IMG/VR virus record: IMGVR_UViG_3300020465_000027 | Span: 1-54,298 of that record | Source of the DNA: a virus | Lineage: Duplodnaviria; Caudoviricetes | Length of the DNA stretch: 54,298 nucleotides | Reading direction: 5' to 3' (one strand) | Shown here: positions 47,901 to 54,298 of the stretch, one piece after another | Layout: the number at the start of each line of letters is the position of its first letter | Position numbering within the stretch: position 1 is the first letter of the stretch | The notes under the pieces: generated by a model | Seen by the model: the letters and a program-made list of their open reading frames with translations, nothing else | Database searches by the model: none | What the model was told of the DNA's origin: nothing | Position numbers and translations under genes: made by a program

Positions 47901-50439
47901 GAGTCATCTCAGAATTATAATTAGATTCTAAAGGTAAAGAATAGTAACATTTACCTATGATGTATGGGAATAAAGGATCACCATTACTATCAACAGTAAT
48001 AAAGTAAGCATAAGTCCCTTCAGGATATTCAGGAGTTACACAAAAACGTCCATTATTTTTATCTAATGTGCCAGATCCATCGTTAAATGTATAATCATCA
48101 ATAAATGTTCCTATAGGATAAGTAGTTGTACTCGGTCCTACTCTAGTAGAATTTCTAAAATAACTAGAACTCATTTGTGTAACAACGCTAGAACTGTCTA
48201 GAGGATTAGAAAACCCATAGGCACCATATATGGGGTTGCCATCATATGCAAAACCTAATATAGGAGAATGAGATGCTCCTGTATCATTTGCTCTCAATGT
48301 AGTGGGAGATGCATAATAAGCATATCCATGCCCTTTAGAAGGATTGAAATTTTGGAACCAATACCCATTATCAGAATCTACATTATTTTTGTTTATAAAA
48401 TATTTGTCTTTTCTCCATTCCTTGATAGTAGCAGTAGCGGTAGCACCAGAACCAACAGGAATTAAATCAACTGTAACATTTTCTTGTGAATAAAAGTTAC
48501 CACCATTAATCTTTGTAAATCCAGTCACAGCACCGCTACCAGATACAGTAGCTACATAATCTGCAAATCTACCTTTTCCTACACTATCAGTAATTCTAAC
48601 TTCTGGTGGAGTAGAATAGAACTCACCAGCATTAGTAACACTGATGCTTGTAATCTCTCCATTCGTGACTATAGCAGTCGCAGTAGCATTTCTACCAGAT
48701 AATACCTCAACAGTTGGAATAGCATTATATGAACCTGCATTTCTAATTGTTATTGATTCTAATACTTGTCCAGATAAAGATGATGTTGCATTACCAGACA
48801 CACCATCAATCAATACAAATGGAGCATCCTTATATCCATTACCACGAAGATTAACTGTAATAGATTGAAGAGCTCCATTGAAGACTACACTCTCATCCTT
48901 ATAACTTGCAAATGGAATACCGTTAATAGCAATACCTACATCTCTAAACTTAGTCTCATAAGTCTCAGTTGTAGATATTGGTGTTTTTCTAATAATTTTT
49001 AATTGCTTTTGATCTTTGGTATCAGATGGTTGGTTTGTTGTACCTATTACATGTGAAGGAAATCCTGAAGAAGCTATGTAATAACCCTCACCATCCTCAT
49101 AGATAGATGATACATTGGTGTTTAAGTCACTAATTAGTGGAGAAGCACCAGGCAATGTCCAACGAAGATTATTCTGTGCATCAAAGATTTTTATATCATT
49201 TGTTACAAAACCTGGTTCAGATATCTCAAGTATATCACCTACATTTGAGTATGGTGCGTCTGTCTTATTAATCGCATTATATAAGACACCATAGACTAAC
49301 AATGATACATTAGCACCAGATACATTAGCACCAAATGTTACAGGTGTTCCTATAGGATATGTCGTAGTTCCTTGTCTACTTTTTATAACAAACTGATTAA
49401 CATTTTTATCTTCAAATGTAAAGACCTCATTACCAATAGTAAACTCACCTTCTTTATCCCACCCCATTGTAGATTCTACATCAACTCTGTCACCCACAGT
49501 GTCAGTAACAAGAATAGATTCCGTTAACTTAGTTCTTGCAGCTATAGAAAAGTTTCCATTTACACTTGCTTCATTAAGTATGATTTCGTATAGATCTTCT
49601 CCATCAAACGTACCATTAAAACGTACGTTATCAACAATAGCAGATGCAAATGGCGTTGTTTGAGAAATTGTTTTACCAATTAAGTCAGTTACTGTACCAG
49701 ATAATACCTTGACCTTTAAAGAATAATTATTGACCCAATTAGACTCAGAACTTTTTAGTGTAAAATCTCGTGGATATGCAATTTCTGGTTCAGGATCATC
49801 TTTAATTAAACATTTAAATATAAATTTAATAGATTTATCAGTTCCTTTTGATTGATAAAATGAACTTACATTTTTGATGAGAGTTCTTTTATCAACAGCG
49901 TCGTTCAAAAACGCTTCTGGAAAATCATTTAAGTATTCAGTCTCAAAACTTTTGATTAACGCATATAAGAAAAGGTTGCTGATATTTAATACCTTAGATC
50001 CATTGGTATGACTAGATGCTTGGGTTGTAACAAATTTACTTTTGTTGTAGATGTCTCCTAATGTTGTATTGCCACTTATACCCCTAGAACAATTCTGTAA
50101 TGTGGTGTTAGTTCTAGTTTCATAAAAAATTATCTCATCATTTATTTTTACGTATCCACCTTGTTTTGGAAAACTGGTTGCATCTTGTAATACAATTGTA
50201 GTAGCATTATTAGAAATACTACCGTCCAAATTATCATGCTGTTTAAGTATATTTTGTTCATAAAAATCAATATCACGATAAGTTGCAAGATTCTCAACAA
50301 TATCGTATGGTTGCCCTTGAATTTCTAATTGCTCATAGTATTTTTGTATGAACTTCGTAAACAGTTCATACTCTTCGTTGATAAAATCAGGAAGTTGAGA
50401 ATCAACTAAAAATGAGATTCTATTAGCAGTCTTTGGCAT
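41980..50439 (-). CDS. gp7: Baseplate wedge initiator gp7 (cyanophage giant form)
   Basis: SQLPDFI...F.KFIQKYYE, LIKNV..FYQSKGT..SIKF, KIHDSYFYQDFSY.I.S...W..LIK...HPAGFKMFGE; between gp6 and gp8. Confidence 0.85.
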   Translation of the reverse strand: MPKTANRISFLVDSQLPDFINEEYELFTKFIQKYYEQLEIQGQPYDIVENLATYRDIDFYEQNILKQHDNLDGSISNNATTIVLQDATSFPKQGGYVKINDEIIFYETRTNTTLQNCSRGISGNTTLGDIYNKSKFVTTQASSHTNGSKVLNISNLFLYALIKSFETEYLNDFPEAFLNDAVDKRTLIKNVSSFYQSKGTDKSIKFIFKCLIKDDPEPEIAYPRDFTLKSSESNWVNNYSLKVKVLSGTVTDLIGKTISQTTPFASAIVDNVRFNGTFDGEDLYEIILNEASVNGNFSIAARTKLTESILVTDTVGDRVDVESTMGWDKEGEFTIGNEVFTFEDKNVNQFVIKSRQGTTTYPIGTPVTFGANVSGANVSLLVYGVLYNAINKTDAPYSNVGDILEISEPGFVTNDIKIFDAQNNLRWTLPGASPLISDLNTNVSSIYEDGEGYYIASSGFPSHVIGTTNQPSDTKDQKQLKIIRKTPISTTETYETKFRDVGIAINGIPFASYKDESVVFNGALQSITVNLRGNGYKDAPFVLIDGVSGNATSSLSGQVLESITIRNAGSYNAIPTVEVLSGRNATATAIVTNGEITSISVTNAGEFYSTPPEVRITDSVGKGRFADYVATVSGSGAVTGFTKINGGNFYSQENVTVDLIPVGSGATATATIKEWRKDKYFINKNNVDSDNGYWFQNFNPSKGHGYAYYASPTTLRANDTGASHSPILGFAYDGNPIYGAYGFSNPLDSSSVVTQMSSSYFRNSTRVGPSTTTYPIGTFIDDYTFNDGSGTLDKNNGRFCVTPEYPEGTYAYFITVDSNGDPLFPYIIGKCYYSLPLESNYNSEMTQDDLPVNANRLRTSDISKNGVQAIAKIEDVTRGVVSSATIVNSGSNFSVGGSLVIDNSGTEGSNVAGEIDSVKGKPVSSLESQTTKVLYVELINNGYLFDGDTITQTNTGATGKVVGNVFTANRFALRAVTGTFNSTDVLSSNTKVLNLILDQQSSYTKGATLSFSDGIAAAVATGEVLETTVDQNTVKIKVLSGTFSVSTTLFLTSSNLINTTGSKIVSITSLSENLPVFKIQDNVALLTTSSAHGVGVGEEINVDVNPDDAVSTTTYYVRKRVYQEAILQTSVITTTLNDNSIGRFTILNGGGDYTQNTYLDIALSGGAGSGAKATIVVSSTGVVNSIILTNKGTGYNRFDILTVGATDLGKATNSSKPDLKVRVDHAGFAAENIVLNVDNSDNITVNDFLKIGSEIVKVTAKNNNALTVARAQNATTAVDHFDGATISVFEFGYNIPVNHPVGNTIKDAKVLSYDPSTQKAVFVWDYDQTVSSINKITLSTVFYDTSADVKLIQIKSVTNPDVYFEFSLDNTTFIRNQIIDIKNYYKYKFDTSHVSMNGVGFDISPSRNFNLVTPEKTVAANNSFVDIKLGFGSRVSTNTHGKKQPSLYTKYYYYDRDGLVNSEMSYLNVVTDPLQGIKNSLYVTSTQILYSTETQASHDGTGIVSYTSKSLFSVGKINSIKITNVGNNYKKIPIVTGIVDNDGNIDSNVSCFLNSTDIGVPRNIKIHNNGGSYHSDQTIKSSIRSNFILTLSNFTSDGYNVGETIVQKSGTTEVAKAKVTSWRKGSNILSVSNVTGIFRENQQIIGLSGNKTATVDSISFTEFTPIIKTFFDNIGKFTSDVGKLSDQNQKIHDSYFYQDFSYLIQSKTPIDSWRSLIKETTHPAGFKMFGEVDVESAATTPMSSDTVTTHNSFVELKTNITVQSTTKQITQHLISAQTTTIEDGVGSVAKDATNTTEIKSSQIKLSAPFDGSLSNNGNLAGTKTFGILDMNNNAVTPYNEQALLITLDGIFQEPGVAYTVSGSNITFAQPPLGPTNKNSQAVPGVRFYGKNYQFKNDTLNAKYLRKIKNIFQKSGRWIDAANQIERNRVYLQSETLGYIKNKFPNVTWGKVETKCYRDIGLVADALANDIRFGGNSYTVTAIEKYFNNDILDYIIGELQETTEAYEYLVGLAKLAINNTLPTGTYTTVPPYINTNIIVDPDPNKCADVVAALSTLGEVIEKTLAGGVGTIPISYPDYIDGKNTIFELYYEDGTGLSTDPNENLLIGISGVVQHDSAYSIDRTSVPNKVVFSSPPIWSQGVNTKTLQEGIAVDKFFAHSIGSYLRCEIDKNDIPTGSNGAFLILNSDDKKVINISDPQFALVFIDGVLQRDQDSYIINGPTITFSRKIFQDSNIEILYLYGRDISQSITLYDYERSEYYNEIIVRFTGVSGDFDEFENWWGKFNQTDMVAYQKVGGIKKFIGSLKHYYIEGNDLVIQIAGFNPDVDGSDIFFSGLDDFSDEISLSQSRTVTVTTNSDNTYRMQRNASRWLYGTKKADEAFYVRKNGFANLNKGDLIKINGENEYRTINELPQYFEPKTYLPGDDPSNSFFGSVATTNYNGEEKGIGFAVSCTISNGSVDTITWDKNIPVSGYSKAPILHFVPVNQAGGGARAEVIVVDGTIVDIVLTNGGSGYTKVPRVVVAKQYSIKKQNRKIDSFVNLILHNQFSSIAQPGPVNAESSVVFTKSGSGTTNPDAAIVGTMISPAAFGGTVITVELPSIALDQASTFIVRQELLYIRPPSTGTADVKTSDSNIKVRLELDRSIESQPVLSNQIWKVTVYQFGFTDYRFWSTPPSGFANTTLRPSFQMWENAKFMDTGNVLHNGVSVSAYTIEEFARWGFDLEDFSSYPGSGISDAGYAFNVGYPSINHYLGRINQNLNSTDTIVYVENTTNFSATGTLQLGKEQITYTGKQSDRFTGCVRGVNGTTAQSHDTSEPFFRSA

Positions 50440-50441
50440 TC

Positions 50442-52244
50442 CTACTCTTCTTTATATGCTATGAATTTACTCTTTGATACATCTACGTCTAGATACATCT
50501 CACGTTTTACTTCAATATCTCTATTTCTAGGTTTAACTCTTAATTCAACACGATTGTCAGAAAAAGTTCCCTTTAAAATAGTAAAGTTATTCATTACAAT
50601 CTCACCTCTTTCATAATCAACAGTTCCTATAGAATCATCTAATAAAATCTTATCACCACTTACAGGATCTAGTCTATATAGTACTAATTTTCCATTTCTA
50701 TCTTCTAAGAACGAAGTAACATTAGGAAATTCAAAAACTGTCATACCAGTAGATGTTACAACAGGATTATTACAATCTATTAAAAATGGATTTTGATAAC
50801 ATATCTCATAGAACGATGAAGCGTTGATCTGTGCTATAAAATCTTTTCTCATAGTAACATTTGTTACATTTGAGTTGATAGATATATCTGAATTATCAAT
50901 GACACCAATAAATTTACTGTATCTAAACTTACCATTGAACTTTTCAGTTTGAGATGTCTTTAAATACTCAACTATTGCTGTAGACGCTTTTGTTGCTATC
51001 TCTGTGGGTAATAACTGGGTTTTTGTACTACTGTAATAAATGTCACTAGTCAATTCTAGAAATAAGATAGACGGATCAATAAATTCTGGTCTAATAGATG
51101 CAACACTAAATTTCTTAAGTTCCTGTGTTAATTCGTTCTTAGTAAATGAAGACAATGTTGCAGCTTCAGTAGGTTTAACAGAAAGAAATACTTTACCATA
51201 CGCAGGTGGCACTTGTTCCTCACCACCAAACACAATAATATCACTTACCGCAGGATATATATTTCTTACAATTGCTTTGTAATCATTACCAGTTACTGCT
51301 CTATTCTGAGATCCAAAAAACTTAGGAGCATTAAATTTAATTTTATCAATGGTCTCTATATCAGCACCACCAGACGCTATTGAAGATGTATTGATGGATG
51401 TTATAGAAAAAGGAAGAGTTATAGTGGTACCATTCTCATCCTCCATGAGACCATTGAATGTAAAAGTCTTAGCACCATTGGTAGCAGTACCATTTGTTAC
51501 AATATAACTTAGTTCAATTACATTAGCGTTCTCTAATTTTTTACCGAGAACTCCATCTCCAAAAAATATCTCGTATTTTTCATCTTCTATCTCACTAACA
51601 AAATATACCTCATCATCAGCACCAACATCTAAAATGTTATTTGCTCGTTTATAGTCTTTAAATGTACTGGATTGAGATGATTCAAATACTCTTACATTTA
51701 AGGTATTAATGTCAGTACCAGCATTTTCAATAATAAATCTCTGAGTAATACTAGTATCAAATATGTTACTAGACACAATTTGAGATCCTTCAAATATTGG
51801 TATGTTTGTAAATGTTGCTACACTATTGACAACAGGAACCTTCATATTGTCTTTTAATATAAAACGATATAGACTACCATCGTAATTTGTAACAAATCCA
51901 CTACCTGCTTTTATGGTTACTTCCGCAGGTGCAGTACCAGCGAATGTCAATGACATATCAACAGACGCTTGAGGTGCTGTAATGGATTTGGGAGTATACC
52001 CTAATTGTTTAGCAAGAGATACTACGTTATCCCGCAGAGTTGCGGAATCTAAGAACAACTCATTCACTACCATATTGGTATTAAATGCGGTGTAGTAAGT
52101 GTTGTATGCTAATACATCTAGAATCTGACTAATTGCAGATCCTTCAAAATCGTAATCAGTAAAATCCGTTTGTGCTCTCATGTAATCTTTAAGAGCAACC
52201 TTTATATCAACGAAGTCTAAGTTGTTTAACTGGGTATATGGCAT
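50442..52244 (-). CDS. gp6: Baseplate wedge subunit gp6
   Basis: LDFVDIK..LK.Y...Q..FTDYDFEGS...LDVLAYNTYY..FN.NM..NE.FLDSA..R.NVVSLAK.LGY.P.S; QNRAVT..DY. Confidence 0.92.
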   Translation of the reverse strand: MPYTQLNNLDFVDIKVALKDYMRAQTDFTDYDFEGSAISQILDVLAYNTYYTAFNTNMVVNELFLDSATLRDNVVSLAKQLGYTPKSITAPQASVDMSLTFAGTAPAEVTIKAGSGFVTNYDGSLYRFILKDNMKVPVVNSVATFTNIPIFEGSQIVSSNIFDTSITQRFIIENAGTDINTLNVRVFESSQSSTFKDYKRANNILDVGADDEVYFVSEIEDEKYEIFFGDGVLGKKLENANVIELSYIVTNGTATNGAKTFTFNGLMEDENGTTITLPFSITSINTSSIASGGADIETIDKIKFNAPKFFGSQNRAVTGNDYKAIVRNIYPAVSDIIVFGGEEQVPPAYGKVFLSVKPTEAATLSSFTKNELTQELKKFSVASIRPEFIDPSILFLELTSDIYYSSTKTQLLPTEIATKASTAIVEYLKTSQTEKFNGKFRYSKFIGVIDNSDISINSNVTNVTMRKDFIAQINASSFYEICYQNPFLIDCNNPVVTSTGMTVFEFPNVTSFLEDRNGKLVLYRLDPVSGDKILLDDSIGTVDYERGEIVMNNFTILKGTFSDNRVELRVKPRNRDIEVKREMYLDVDVSKSKFIAYKEE

Positions 52245-52636
52245 TATCTCGTCCTATCTAGGAAGAATTCTATAGTTACTGGTGGTTCGTCTGTTCCTCT
52301 TATTGTATAAGTTAAATCTACATCAAATCCATTATCATCAAAATTAGGAACACAATTAATATTTGAAACAACAATTCTTGGTTCAAATTTATCTAAGGAA
52401 AACCTTATGTTTTCTTTTATCTGATAACTAGTACCATAATCTAAGGGTTCAAACAAATATCTTCGTATATCAGAACCATATTGAGGGTTCATTAACCGTT
52501 CACCTTTATTAGTCAACAACACACTAATAATTGCTTGCTTAATAGCAGAAGCATCCTTACTAACAACTAGGTCATCAGTAACAGGATGCTTCTTAAAAGT
52601 AATATTGATATCCTTATAGGATAAAGTGGTCGGCAT
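52244..52636 (-). CDS. gp25: Baseplate wedge subunit gp25 (GPW/gp25 family)
   Basis: KHPVTDDL...AIKQAI..VLLTNKGERLMNPQYGS...LFE...FEPRI; TAATG-coupled to gp6. Confidence 0.92.
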   Translation of the reverse strand: MPTTLSYKDINITFKKHPVTDDLVVSKDASAIKQAIISVLLTNKGERLMNPQYGSDIRRYLFEPLDYGTSYQIKENIRFSLDKFEPRIVVSNINCVPNFDDNGFDVDLTYTIRGTDEPPVTIEFFLDRTR

Positions 52637-52662
52637 TTTCCCACAATATACGAAGTCAGTTA

Positions 52663-52669
52663 TATTTAG
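52663..52669 (-). promoter_or_regulatory. T4-like late promoter variant (CTAAATA) for the gp25-gp6-gp7 unit
   Basis: Intergenic CTAAATA about 27 nt upstream of the gp25 ATG. Confidence 0.6.
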
Positions 52670-52675
52670 CGACTT

Positions 52676-52960
52676 TTATCTTACTTTATAAAAAGTATAC
52701 TTTAAAAATAACTCTTCGCCCTTCTTAATCTCTCTTATCGTCTTCACATAGTAAATATTATCTTCGCACCACTTAATACAGTTAGGGTCGTCAGAATGGT
52801 TTATAAACCCTCCTAGAGGGGTTCTCCATATCATATCATCTATTATAATATGAGACACACCAAGATACATCATAGCATCTATATCCTCTCTAGCGAAGAT
52901 ACCTTGACCTGCTATGGAACTATCCTTTACATGTAATTCTTTTGGTAGTGCTTGGTACAT
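52676..52960 (-). CDS. Minimal SET-domain protein-lysine methyltransferase
   Basis: SET motifs SSIAGQGIFA, FINHSDDPNC and REIKKGEELFLKY in 94 aa. Confidence 0.88.
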   Translation of the reverse strand: MYQALPKELHVKDSSIAGQGIFAREDIDAMMYLGVSHIIIDDMIWRTPLGGFINHSDDPNCIKWCEDNIYYVKTIREIKKGEELFLKYTFYKVR

Positions 52961-53472
52961 TATTTAAAATTTATGTTAACCACAATTCTATAAGGAGTTT
53001 TTCTAGGATGAGATGATGAATGCCAAACACTTCCGTCTATGATGAAACATCTTCCTTTCTTTGGTTGTATCTTTTGTATTATTTTACCATCTTTCTCACA
53101 GATGTTTGTAGGACCATCACTGTCATTCGCATAGTATATCAGAGTTTTATGTGGTTCTAGTAAATCAATATGATGCCTATGCTTGCTCACATTTTCATTC
53201 TTGTAGAATAGTCCACATCGTACACGCAATACTTCTTTAACCTTAATGTTTTGCTCCTTACAAGCATTAAACAATATAGGTAAGAAATGTATATGACGTG
53301 GACTCATGATAGGTTTTTTCTTATCCGTAGAATATAGTACAGCACTATTAGACCAAACCGCATCTTTTTCATATGCGGTAGGCGACATGTACCACGCAAA
53401 ATCATCGTGAAATATAGCCATTAGATAATCTTGGTGTTCTTCAGATATTACGTTATCAATTACTTGTACCAT
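52960..53472 (-). CDS. 2OG-Fe(II) dioxygenase
   Basis: HxD (HID) ... LIYYANDSDGPT ... PKKGR..I.DG..WH ... RIVVNINF: the facial triad plus the 2OG-binding Arg. Confidence 0.85.
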   Translation of the reverse strand: MVQVIDNVISEEHQDYLMAIFHDDFAWYMSPTAYEKDAVWSNSAVLYSTDKKKPIMSPRHIHFLPILFNACKEQNIKVKEVLRVRCGLFYKNENVSKHRHHIDLLEPHKTLIYYANDSDGPTNICEKDGKIIQKIQPKKGRCFIIDGSVWHSSSHPRKTPYRIVVNINFK

Positions 53473-53505
53473 TTCGGAGTCTTCGCTCGGAGATCACGCC
53501 CTTTT

Positions 53506-53679
53506 TTACCATTGTTTAGGATGATTGTTAATATCACCCTCCACATGGTTATGCTCAATGTCATCTATATGAGCATGATCTATGTTTACATGTGCTCCTT
53601 CCTCCAAAGCAATGGCAATTCTTTCTAAAGAATCTGCAATTCTCTTGAGATCAAGAGTATTTCCAAAAGATACAGTCAT
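53506..53679 (-). CDS. 57-aa His/acidic-rich peptide (not in ORF track)
   Basis: Translated by hand: MTVSFGNTLDLKRIADSLERIAIALEEGAHVNIDHAHIDDIEHNHVEGDINNHPKQW; ATGA overlap with the upstream gene; GAGG upstream. Confidence 0.75.
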   Translation of the reverse strand: MTVSFGNTLDLKRIADSLERIAIALEEGAHVNIDHAHIDDIEHNHVEGDINNHPKQW

Positions 53680-53813
53680 CTGCCCTGACCTCTGTATCTT
53701 TTCTTTGCACCATTACGAGCTGTCGCAGAATACTTTGAATGTTTTCCAGTTCCCTGACGACTCTTCTTTGGTCTTGGTTCTTTAGTTTGATTTGAGTTGT
53801 TATAAAGTGCCAT
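53676..53813 (-). CDS. 45-aa highly basic peptide (not in ORF track)
   Basis: Translated by hand: MALYNNSNQTKEPRPKKSRQGTGKHSKYSATARNGAKKRYRGQGR; 13 Lys/Arg; the KRYRGQG ending is one I recall from marine T4-like phage peptides. Confidence 0.8.
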   Translation of the reverse strand: MALYNNSNQTKEPRPKKSRQGTGKHSKYSATARNGAKKRYRGQGR

Positions 53814-53833
53814 AATAAGTTTCAGTTAATAAT

Positions 53834-53862
53834 ATTATATCATAAAATTCAACCACCTGCAA
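53834..53862 (-). promoter_or_regulatory. sigma70-like promoter TTGCAG-N17-TATAAT with extended -10 TG
   Basis: -35 at 53857-53862 (inside the PAAR 3' end), TGATATAAT at 53834-53842, 20 nt before the ATG at 53813. Confidence 0.5.
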
Positions 53863-54169
53863 ATACTTTCTTTGCATTACCTACCGTAATTGTACCACCA
53901 ATGTCAACAGAATCACCCACTCTCGCAATTGGTTCTCCATTTACGAAAACACTTGTAGATCCTGTGTTGACAACTTGACCAGGATGATTAATACACGGTG
54001 GAATTCCAGGTGGTGCATTATTGATAGTATGTACTGCTAAAGGATCACCCTGTGTTAACACACCAGTATTTCCAATTTTTACATTCGGACTACCACCTAA
54101 TACAGTAGTTACTGCATCACATCCATGACCTGTTGTGCATGCTGCACCTGTAATTCCTACTAATGCCAT
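53849..54169 (-). CDS. gp5.4: PAAR spike-tip protein (T4 gp5.4-like)
   Basis: TGHGC...GSPNVKI...GD....H...C..H....GSTSVFVNGEPIARVGD with metal-binding His/Cys. Confidence 0.9.
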   Translation of the reverse strand: MALVGITGAACTTGHGCDAVTTVLGGSPNVKIGNTGVLTQGDPLAVHTINNAPPGIPPCINHPGQVVNTGSTSVFVNGEPIARVGDSVDIGGTITVGNAKKVFAGG

Positions 54170-54298
54170 TATCCTATATCCTCTGGTGATGGTATTCCCT
54201 TACTTTTGATAAATGTCATAGGAGGTTCTCCATGCGACATTTTATCTATATCATTATGTAATCTATCAAGTGTCTCAGATATCTTCTCGTGTTTCTCT
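54169..54298 (-). CDS. 3' end of a hypothetical protein (truncated by window edge)
   Basis: Open frame ...EKHEKISETLDRLHNDIDKMSHGEPPMTFIKSKGIPSPEDIG*, whose TAA overlaps the PAAR ATG. Confidence 0.65.
   Translation of the reverse strand, partial: EKHEKISETLDRLHNDIDKMSHGEPPMTFIKSKGIPSPEDIG

Noticed and set aside
716-48868. Numerous short plus-strand ORFs
   Set aside because: All are antisense to strong minus-strand genes, with composition mirroring the sense codons and no independent motifs
31990-50439. Introns, inteins or homing endonucleases inflating the giant genes
   Set aside because: The frames are uninterrupted, and no intein, LAGLIDADG, HNH or GIY-YIG motifs were recognised; size is explained by repeated structural domains
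53473-53505. GC-rich spacer with CTCCGA twice, considered as ncRNA or terminator
   Set aside because: Only 33 nt, with weak imperfect pairing and no U-tract on the coding strand
53431-53785. Plus-strand ORFs of 65 and 67 aa
   Set aside because: Two coupled minus-strand peptides explain the interval better

Overview
AT-rich, gene-dense segment of a T4-like marine cyanomyovirus (Kyanoviridae-type). Every credible gene is on the minus strand. In transcription order (right to left): a partial ORF; a PAAR spike (gp5.4-like); a small non-structural island with two peptides missed by the ORF track (a 45-aa Lys/Arg-rich one and a 57-aa His/acidic-rich one), a 2OG-Fe(II) dioxygenase and a minimal SET-domain methyltransferase behind a sigma70-like promoter; the baseplate genes gp25, gp6, giant gp7 and gp8; a 2734-aa VrlC/DUF4815-like protein; and about 32 kb of tail-fibre, adhesin, adaptor and chaperone genes with repeats and shared modules. 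T4-type late promoters (TATAAATA and variants), one intrinsic terminator and many TAATG/ATGA coupled junctions are visible. No tRNA, rRNA, CRISPR, integrase, transposase or reverse transcriptase was recognised. Best leads: (1) the SET + 2OG oxygenase + histone-tail-like peptide island as a possible protein-methylation writer/eraser/substrate unit; (2) a phycobiliprotein-like KCxRDIG helical module inside gp7, with a degenerate copy in a fibre; (3) a modular adaptor-fibre-tip architecture with paralogous fibres carrying different tip proteins. All product calls come from motif recognition and gene order; no database search was run.
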